Shown in pieces: positions 29,719 through 36,913 of a DNA stretch of 64,000 bases (position 1 is the first letter of the stretch; the number at the start of each line of letters is the position of its first letter). Made by a program: the position numbers and the translations under genes. Source of the stretch: Alphaproteobacteria bacterium (lineage in GTDB: Bacteria; Pseudomonadota; Alphaproteobacteria; GCA-2731375); assembly GCA_965232515.1 (NCBI GenBank), contig CBDDPY010000002.1:3520001-3584000 (forward strand). The letters run 5' to 3'. The notes beneath the pieces are model-generated. The model made no database searches, was not told the origin of the DNA, and worked only from the letters and a program-made list of their open reading frames with translations.

Positions 29719-30714
29719 ATGACCATCAGGAAATCCGCCTTGGGCTTGGCCGCGTTGGCCATGTCCGCAAGTCTGAGCTTGCCCGCGCAGGGAGCCGACG
29801 TGACGTTGAAGCTGGCGCACGTGGCGCCGCCGACGAGTTCGTTCCAGATCGCCGCCGAGAGCTTCGCCGGCCATCTCGACCGGCTGTCGGGCAGCAGCAT
29901 GGCCGTCGATATCGTGCCCGGCGGCGCGCTCGGCAACGTGCCGCAACTCTGGGCCCAGTTGCGGGCCGGCAGCCTGGATCTGCATCTGATGGATATCGGC
30001 GGCGTCATCGCCATCAAGGAAGCGCGGCATTTCTTCATCGTCTTCGCGCCCTATCTGTTCCGCGACCAGGACCACTGGCGCAGGTTCGTGGCCAGCGACA
30101 CCTTCGCCGGCATGATGGCGAAGGCGGAGGACGCCATCGGCTTCAAGTATCTCGGCTATGTCGGCGACCGTTCCCCCCGGGCGCTCTCGACCAAGGGTAA
30201 GGCCGTTCGCACGCCCGACGACATCAAGGGCATGAAGATCCGCACGCCGCTGATTCCGGCGATCACCAAGACCTTCGAGGTCTGGGGCGCCAATCCGACG
30301 CCGATCAAGGCGGCCGAGCTCTACACCGCGCTGCAGACCGGCCTGGTCGATGGCCAGGACAACGGCATCTTCGACGTCGTCGCCGCCGGCTATACCGAGG
30401 TGCAGGACTACTTCACGCCGCTCGACTATCTGCATTCCGGCATGGGCGTCTGGATGAGCGGCGCGAAATGGCAGTCGCTCACCGAACAGCAGCAACAGTG
30501 GGTGCGGCAGGCGGCCGACGCCGCCTATGCCGACGCCAGGGCGGTCTACGACAAGGAGCTGAAGGAAGCCTTCGCCGCGGCCAAGGACAAGGGCCTGACC
30601 ATCGTCGAGCCCGATGTCGCCGCCTTCCGCGCCGCCTCCCGGCCGGTGATCGAGGGCATGGACGGCAAGGCCTGGCCCGCCGGCATGTACGACGACATCA
30701 ACGGCATGAAGTAG
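29719..30714 (+). CDS. dctP: TRAP transporter substrate-binding protein
   Basis: Signal peptide; KGMKIRTP, GANPTPI and ELYTALQTGLVDGQDN motifs. Confidence 0.93.
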   Translation: MTIRKSALGLAALAMSASLSLPAQGADVTLKLAHVAPPTSSFQIAAESFAGHLDRLSGSSMAVDIVPGGALGNVPQLWAQLRAGSLDLHLMDIGGVIAIKEARHFFIVFAPYLFRDQDHWRRFVASDTFAGMMAKAEDAIGFKYLGYVGDRSPRALSTKGKAVRTPDDIKGMKIRTPLIPAITKTFEVWGANPTPIKAAELYTALQTGLVDGQDNGIFDVVAAGYTEVQDYFTPLDYLHSGMGVWMSGAKWQSLTEQQQQWVRQAADAAYADARAVYDKELKEAFAAAKDKGLTIVEPDVAAFRAASRPVIEGMDGKAWPAGMYDDINGMK

Positions 30715-30739
30715 CGCCGACGAAGGTTAAGCTTCGCCG

Positions 30740-31225
30740 ATGCGGGCGGAGACGGTTCGTAACTATCTGACGCGCGGCCTGACGCCGCTGATTGGTGCGT
30801 CGCTGCTGGTCATGCTGCTGCTGGCCTTCACCCAGGTCGTGCTGCGCTATGCGTTTGCCGCGTCGCTGCTCTGGGTCGAAGAAGTCTCGGTGATGCTGCT
30901 GAGCTGGATGGCCTGGCTCGGCGCCATCCAGCTCTGGCTCGACCGGGGACACCTGCTCGTCGATCTGTTGCCTAAAGAGCGCGCGGCCGGCCTGCGAAAC
31001 GCCATCGCCATTGGCGTCAATGCACTTGCGATCGTGGGCGGCATCGCGCTCGCCATCGTCTCCATGGAAACGCTCACCGCTTTCGGCGGCATCGAGATGG
31101 GCAGCCTGGAGATCGACGCGTCGATCAAATACTACCCCGTGGTGGCCGGCGGCATTGGTCTGGCGGCGGCCGGTGGCATCGAGCTCTGGCGCCTGCTGAG
31201 CCGCGCGGACAACGGCGCGCCATGA
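30740..31225 (+). CDS. dctQ: TRAP transporter small permease
   Basis: QVVLRY...WVEEVS motif; four TM segments. Confidence 0.9.
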   Translation: MRAETVRNYLTRGLTPLIGASLLVMLLLAFTQVVLRYAFAASLLWVEEVSVMLLSWMAWLGAIQLWLDRGHLLVDLLPKERAAGLRNAIAIGVNALAIVGGIALAIVSMETLTAFGGIEMGSLEIDASIKYYPVVAGGIGLAAAGGIELWRLLSRADNGAP

Positions 31226-32511
31226 TCGCCGAGCTCACTGTCCTGTTCGGCGTCATGCTGCTGGGCCTCGGCCTTGGCGTGCCGGTGTTCTTCGCCATGG
31301 GTCTCGCCAGCGCCGCCTATGCGCTGGTCTTCTGGCCCAAGCTGCCGGTGATGGTCATCGGCCAGGGCTTTGTGCAGGGCCTCGACAGTTACAACTACGC
31401 CGCCATCGCGTTCTTTTTCCTGGCCGGCGAGATCATGAATACCGGCGGCATCAGCCGGCGGCTGCTGGACCTCGCCCGCGCCGCCGTCGGCCACATCCGC
31501 GGCGGCCTCAGCCACGTGAATATCCTCGCCAGCATGGTGTTCGCCGGCGTCTCCGGCTCGGCCGTGGCCGACGCGTCTGCCATCGGCTCGGTCATGGTGC
31601 CGGCGATGCGGCGCGAGGGCTACACGCCGGCCTACGCCGCCGCGGTGACGGCGGCGTCCGCCACCATCGGCCCGGTGATCCCGCCGTCGATCCCGTTGGT
31701 GGTGTTCGGCCTGTTCGCCGGCGCCTCGATCGGCAAGCTGTTCCTGGCCGGCGTCATCCCAGGCCTGCTGATGGGCGCGTTCCTGCTGGCGGCGTCATAT
31801 CTGATCAGCCTGCGCCGCGGCTATCCGTCGACCGCATGGCAGGGCTGGCGGCGTCTTCTGCGGACCGCCGGCAACGCGTTGCTGGCTCTGCTGATGCCGG
31901 TGATCGTCGTGGTCGGCCTGGTCGGCGGCATCGCCACGACGACGGAACTGGGGGCCGTCGCCGCGGTCTACGCCATCGTCGTCAGCGTCGGCCTCTACCG
32001 GGACCTCGATCTTTCGGGCCTGTGGCGCTCGGTCTGCCGCGCCGCGCTCGATTCCTGCCGCGTGCTGGTCATCATTTCGGTTGCCGGCATTTTCCTTTGG
32101 ATCATCGCCAATATGGGGCTGGCGCGGGCGCTGGCCGGCGCGGTCACCGCGTTCTCGGACGATCCGACGGTCGTGCTCGCCGCCATTGCCGTGCTGCTGC
32201 TCTGCCTCGGCACGGTGCTGGAACCGGTGACGCTGCTGGTCGTGGTGGTGCCGATCCTGACGCCGGCGGCGCTCGCCGTCGGCATCGACGTTGTGCAGCT
32301 CGGCGTGGTCGCGGTGCTGGCGACGCTGATCGGCCTGATCACGCCGCCGGTTGGTTTCCTGATCTATCTGTCAGCCGCGCAGGCCGAAGCCCGCGCCGCC
32401 GCCGTGGTCGCGGAGCTGACGCCGTTCCTGGGCGCGCTGCTGCTGCTGCTCGCCTGTCTGGTTCTGTTCCCGAGCTGGACGCTCTGGCTGCCCGGACTGT
32501 TTTTCCCCTAG
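31222..32511 (+). CDS. dctM: TRAP transporter large permease
   Basis: FAGVSGSAVADA, IPPSIP and GLITPPVG motifs; ATGA overlap with dctQ. Confidence 0.93.
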   Translation: MIAELTVLFGVMLLGLGLGVPVFFAMGLASAAYALVFWPKLPVMVIGQGFVQGLDSYNYAAIAFFFLAGEIMNTGGISRRLLDLARAAVGHIRGGLSHVNILASMVFAGVSGSAVADASAIGSVMVPAMRREGYTPAYAAAVTAASATIGPVIPPSIPLVVFGLFAGASIGKLFLAGVIPGLLMGAFLLAASYLISLRRGYPSTAWQGWRRLLRTAGNALLALLMPVIVVVGLVGGIATTTELGAVAAVYAIVVSVGLYRDLDLSGLWRSVCRAALDSCRVLVIISVAGIFLWIIANMGLARALAGAVTAFSDDPTVVLAAIAVLLLCLGTVLEPVTLLVVVVPILTPAALAVGIDVVQLGVVAVLATLIGLITPPVGFLIYLSAAQAEARAAAVVAELTPFLGALLLLLACLVLFPSWTLWLPGLFFP

Positions 32512-33110
32512 CTCGCTTGACGATAGAACAGCGCCGTCAGCGTCGGCTGATCCGGCAGTCCGGTCACCGGCAGGCCCTTGGCCCGCTGATAAGCCTCCAG
32601 CGCCCATTTCGTGTCGCGATCGTAGGTACCGGTCGGCGGTACCGAATAGTGTCCCAGTTCGGCCAGTTTCTCCTGGGTGCGCCGGATCGTGTCCGAATAC
32701 AGTTTGAAGACCTTGTCGCCGACCGGAATCTCGACAACCGCCGACTGTTCGACCACCCGCTGCTCGTGCAGTGTCCGCACCATGACGATAACGGCGCGCT
32801 GGAAGTCGAGCTCGGGATTTTCGCGGCAGAACTTGCCGAGGGAGGAAAAGATCACGGCCGATCCCTGCCAGGGCAGCAGATCGTAGGTCTCGCGCACGTA
32901 GAGGTTGGATGCGCTGATATAGCCGTCGATCCAGCCGGCATAGATGAGCGCCTTGCCCTCCTTGTTATCGACAACCTGCACGAAATCCTTGCAGGTCGAA
33001 CGGCCGACGCCCTTGGAGGCGAACTTGCCCGATGCATCGACGGCGAGCACGCTGCCGCTCCACACGCCGGCGCACAATGCCAACACACCGCAAAGAACCC
33101 ATCGCATCAT
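32508..33110 (-). CDS. Secreted protein with a two-Cys N-terminal domain and C-terminal peptidoglycan-binding domain (paralogue 1)
   Basis: Signal peptide; TQEKLAELGHY..PTGTYD..T..AL..YQRAKGLPVTG PG_binding_1 signature. Confidence 0.85.
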   Translation of the reverse strand: MMRWVLCGVLALCAGVWSGSVLAVDASGKFASKGVGRSTCKDFVQVVDNKEGKALIYAGWIDGYISASNLYVRETYDLLPWQGSAVIFSSLGKFCRENPELDFQRAVIVMVRTLHEQRVVEQSAVVEIPVGDKVFKLYSDTIRRTQEKLAELGHYSVPPTGTYDRDTKWALEAYQRAKGLPVTGLPDQPTLTALFYRQAS

Positions 33111-33282
33111 TTTCGCTCCGCGTTACCGATCGGGCGCCGGACATCTGGCCGACGGCCCCGGCACACTATCCCGCTATTTTGGCGCCGGCAAACCATGGTC
33201 CGGCATTGCGGCGGAATTGAGGTTTGCGCCGCCGCGCAAGGTGTTGAAGATGGCGGCGGAACAAACGGAGGAGCGAGCGACC

Positions 33283-34047
33283 ATGACCGGCGACAACCAT
33301 CCACGCCTGCAGGGCAAGACCGCGATCGTCACCGGCGGCGCGCGCAACATCGGCCGGGCCATCTCGCTCGCGCTCGCCGCCGATGGCGCAAACGTGGTGG
33401 TGAACGCCCGAGGCGACGCCGAAGCGGCCGAAGCGGTCGCGGCCGAGGTGAATAAGGCCGGCGGCAACGGCCTCGCCCATGTTGCCGACGTGACAGACGG
33501 GCATGCGGTGCGGGCCATGGTCGACGCGACGGTCGGCGCCTTCGGCCGGATCGACATCCTGGTCAGCAATGCGGCGGTGCGGCGGCAGCAGCCGTTCCTG
33601 GAGATCTCTTACGACGACTGGCGTGACATCATCGCCGTGCCGCTGGACGGCGCCTTCCACTGCGCCCAGGCTTGCGTGCCGCACATGATCGAGGCCGGCG
33701 GCGGCGCGATCGTCACGATCGGCGGCATCTCGACCCATATCAGCACCCCGAACCGGGCCCACGTCAGCGCCGCGAAGTCGGGCCTGGTCGGCCTGACGCG
33801 GGCGCTGGCCGTGGAGCTGGCGCCGCACAACATCCGCGCCAACTGCGTCTCGCCGGGCTCGATCGATACGGTACGCGGCGCGTCTGCGGGCGCCCGACCG
33901 GCGCGCATGGGCGGCGCCGAGATCCCGGCCGGCCGTCTGGGCCGGCCGGAAGAAATCGCCGGCATGGTCCGGCATCTCTGTCTACCGGAGGCGGCCTACA
34001 TTACCGGCCAGACGATCCATGTGAACGGCGGCATGTTCCTGACCTGA
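33283..34047 (+). CDS. Short-chain dehydrogenase/reductase
   Basis: TGGARNIG, DILVSNAA and NCVSPG motifs; HVSAAK replaces the usual YxxxK; GGAGGAG RBS. Confidence 0.92.
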   Translation: MTGDNHPRLQGKTAIVTGGARNIGRAISLALAADGANVVVNARGDAEAAEAVAAEVNKAGGNGLAHVADVTDGHAVRAMVDATVGAFGRIDILVSNAAVRRQQPFLEISYDDWRDIIAVPLDGAFHCAQACVPHMIEAGGGAIVTIGGISTHISTPNRAHVSAAKSGLVGLTRALAVELAPHNIRANCVSPGSIDTVRGASAGARPARMGGAEIPAGRLGRPEEIAGMVRHLCLPEAAYITGQTIHVNGGMFLT

Positions 34048-34067
34048 CCCTGGCGCGCCATATATGG

Positions 34068-34083
34068 TTAACGAATTGCTAAC
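34068..34083. promoter_or_regulatory. Candidate CtrA-binding box (TTAA-N7-CTAAC)
   Basis: GGTTAACGAATTGCTAACC has one mismatch to TTAA-N7-TTAAC and lies about 70 bp upstream of a small ORF. Confidence 0.5.
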
Positions 34084-34152
34084 CAATCTGCCCAAGCATG
34101 CGCAGCCAGCGGCGCTGCCGCGAAATGCAATCGAACCGAGAGGAAGAGTGGG

Positions 34153-34371
34153 TTGTCGGATCAAACGGTCGTCACATTTCCCGTTCACGGATTTTCCGGC
34201 GGTCATTTCGAGTACTGGCTTAGCTGGGCGGAATGCGAGCTGTCCATCCTCGGCTTCGACATTCGACAAGTCGATTTCGAGTGGCGCGCCGCCTTCGAGC
34301 GCGGACTGAAGCCAGAGCAGGCCGCTGCCGCCGCCGCCGCGCTGGTGCAGTCGGCACAAACTGTCGACTGA
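34153..34371 (+). CDS. Small hypothetical protein (72 aa)
   Basis: GAGAGGAAG RBS before a TTG start; protein-like composition FEYWLSWAECELSILGFDIRQVDFEWRAAFERGLKPEQAA. Confidence 0.65.
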   Translation: MSDQTVVTFPVHGFSGGHFEYWLSWAECELSILGFDIRQVDFEWRAAFERGLKPEQAAAAAAALVQSAQTVD

Positions 34372-34817
34372 CGATCGACAAATACAGTCCCGCATCCCGT
34401 TCTTGGCACGAAAGCGGTTCTTTTGCGTTCATGCCGCTTCGGTGGGGTTTGTCGTGTTCCGGTTGAAAAACTGGACCTTCGAAGATATCGAAGTCGCTTT
34501 TTTCTCTAAATGCGCAAATTCTTCCTTGCAGTTATTGCTATAACAGCCTAAAATTCTTCGAGTTAAAGTAGTGATTTAAGTAGAAATATTGTTATGTCTG
34601 GTTTGTTCGCTTTCACGATCCAGTGGCGGACGGACAAACCCCCAAAATCAAAGACAAAAATTCGCATGGCGTGCAGTCGTTGTCTGGAGCGACTGAGTTT
34701 TGATCGGGATTGATTGCACGCAGCCAGGCTTAGCGTCGGAGCACAGCGACGTCTGAGCTCCCTTCGCAAGTGCCGAACCGCCAACGGTTGCGAGCGCATC
34801 GAACGGTGATGCATGCG

Positions 34818-35045
34818 ATGACCATCGAAGAAGCACTAAGCACGCACGAGGATTCCCTGATGGCCATACCCGGCGTCCAAGGCGTCGGGATCGGCGAACG
34901 ACAGGGCATACCGGTCATACAGGTCTTTGTTGACGCCAAAACTCCCGACAAAGCGCAGTTCGTCTCTCAGATTCCGACTGAGATCGAGGGCTACACAGTG
35001 GTCGTTGATGAGATCGGCACCATCAGACCGCTGCACGCGGACTGA
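34818..35045 (+). CDS. Small protein homologous to the N-terminal domain of the downstream protease
   Basis: LMAIPGVQGVGIG...VIQVFVDAK...IPTEIEGYTVVVDEIGTI aligns by eye with protease residues KANVVGVGLG...AVLALVSHK...VPEKINDLPTDVLAIGEP. Confidence 0.8.
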   Translation: MTIEEALSTHEDSLMAIPGVQGVGIGERQGIPVIQVFVDAKTPDKAQFVSQIPTEIEGYTVVVDEIGTIRPLHAD

Positions 35046-35062
35046 GAGAGGGAGAATTGATC

Positions 35063-36094
35063 ATGAGTATCGACGAAACGAAAATGGTTCTGGAACCCAA
35101 GACCGCGACCAGCAGTAACGTCGTCAAAGCACAGGGTAAAGCGGTCGAGGACATCATGCAGGTCGAGATACCGAAGGCCAATGTTGTCGGCGTCGGCCTG
35201 GGCGTCAAATGGTCAAATGGCGAGCCGACGGGAAAGCCCGCCGTACTCGCGCTGGTGTCACATAAGCTCGACCCGGCCGACCTGGCACCAGAGGACATGG
35301 TGCCCGAGAAGATCAATGATCTGCCAACGGATGTTCTGGCCATCGGCGAACCGTTCGCCGGTCAAGCAGAACCAATAGAAGTGGGTATCGAGGCGCTTGC
35401 CCGTCGGACGCGGCCTGCCTCAGGCGGTTACAGCGTAGCGCACGTGGCCGTTACCGCCGGTACGATCGGCACTTGCGTCTACGATCTTCAGGGCACCGGC
35501 AGCAACCCGGCCGGCATACCCGGGCGCTACTACATTCTCAGTAACAATCACGTGCTGGCCAACAGCAACAACGCCAGCATAGGCGACACGATCCTGCAAC
35601 CCGGCCCCTTCGACGGCGGCGTCGATCCGTCGGATCGGATTGCACGACTGCACCGGTTCGTGCCGATTACCTTTTCGCCCCCCGTGGATCGTCGATTTCA
35701 CCGCAACCTCGTCGACGCGGCGGTGGCGGAAGGTCAGTTCCACGATCTGAAACGTGAGATCCATTGGCTCGGCCACCTACAGGGATGGATCCCGCGAAGC
35801 GGCGTGAATGTCGGCATGCCGGTTCACAAGACCGGGCGGACAACCAGCTACAGCACCGGCCGTATTACGACCGTCAACGCCACGGTCGACGTCAATTACG
35901 GCGGTGGCAGAGTGGCGCGTTTCCGGGATCAGATCATCACGACAAACATGTCGGCCGGCGGAGATTCCGGTTCAATCGTCGCCGAACGCCTCAGCAACAA
36001 GGCGGTCGGATTGCTGTTTGCAGGTTCGCCCGTCGCGACAATCCTGAATCAGATACAGCATGTCCGCGCGCTTTTGCGGGTAGAGATCGTCTGA
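35063..36094 (+). CDS. Trypsin-fold (clan PA/S1, NAL1-like) serine protease without signal peptide
   Basis: AGTIG, ILSNNHVLA (His), LQPG, VDAAVA (Asp), KTGRTT and GGDSGS (Ser); GAGAGGGAG RBS. Confidence 0.88.
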   Translation: MSIDETKMVLEPKTATSSNVVKAQGKAVEDIMQVEIPKANVVGVGLGVKWSNGEPTGKPAVLALVSHKLDPADLAPEDMVPEKINDLPTDVLAIGEPFAGQAEPIEVGIEALARRTRPASGGYSVAHVAVTAGTIGTCVYDLQGTGSNPAGIPGRYYILSNNHVLANSNNASIGDTILQPGPFDGGVDPSDRIARLHRFVPITFSPPVDRRFHRNLVDAAVAEGQFHDLKREIHWLGHLQGWIPRSGVNVGMPVHKTGRTTSYSTGRITTVNATVDVNYGGGRVARFRDQIITTNMSAGGDSGSIVAERLSNKAVGLLFAGSPVATILNQIQHVRALLRVEIV

Positions 36095-36262
36095 CGGAAC
36101 ACCCCTTCTCGATCTAAACAACGCACGCAGCAAGGGTCTGCCGCACGCCGTCCAAGCCGATCGGCGGGGCGCGGCAGCCCTTCCTTTGTTCGACATCGGC
36201 AATATCTTCGCGCAAACCCGCGCGCGACCACAGCCATTTGCCGCAGAATCCCGGCGCGATGG

Positions 36263-36850
36263 TCAATAAAACAGCGATTTCAGCGTGTTCTGATCTGGCC
36301 AGCCAGTGGCGGGAAGGTTCCGGTCGCGCTGGTATTCGATCAGCGCGGCTCGCGTGACCTCGTCGAACTCGCCCGTCGGTCGCACGCCGTCATGGCCGAG
36401 TTCCGCAAGCTGGATTTGCAGCTTTTCGATCGTCGTTCGGTAGAGCCGAACGCGCTTGCCGCCGGTTGGGATCTCGATCAAATCGGACTGCTCGGTCAGA
36501 CGCTGGGACTCGAGGCTGCGGCGCATGGCCGCCACGGCCTGGAAGAACCGCAGCTCGGGATTGGCCCGGCAATATTGATCGAGTGACAGCAGCACCATAT
36601 TGGGCTGTTGCCAGGGCAGGAGGTCGTAGGTCTGATCGTTGACCTCGTTCATCGCGGTCAGGTAGCCGTGCACCCAACCGGCAAACAGCAGCGCTTCCCT
36701 GCTCTCGCTCTGCAGCGCCTCGACGAACCGCGTGCAACTGGCGAGGCCGGCGCCCTTCAGGGCGAAACTGCCGGCCTTATCGGCGGCGATCGCGCTCGTC
36801 GCGAGCGCCATTGCGCTCAACACGGCGAATAACCCGCGAAGCCCGGTCAT
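36263..36850 (-). CDS. Secreted protein with a two-Cys N-terminal domain and C-terminal peptidoglycan-binding domain (paralogue 2)
   Basis: Signal peptide; shares AGW..GY, TYDLLPWQ, CR.NPEL, LAELGH and PDQ.TL..LFY with 32508..33110. Confidence 0.85.
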   Translation of the reverse strand: MTGLRGLFAVLSAMALATSAIAADKAGSFALKGAGLASCTRFVEALQSESREALLFAGWVHGYLTAMNEVNDQTYDLLPWQQPNMVLLSLDQYCRANPELRFFQAVAAMRRSLESQRLTEQSDLIEIPTGGKRVRLYRTTIEKLQIQLAELGHDGVRPTGEFDEVTRAALIEYQRDRNLPATGWPDQNTLKSLFY

Positions 36851-36913
36851 GCCCGAACGACCCCCATTGTTGCTGCATCGGCGCGAACCTCGGGAAGCGT
36901 AGGGCGTCGCCGA

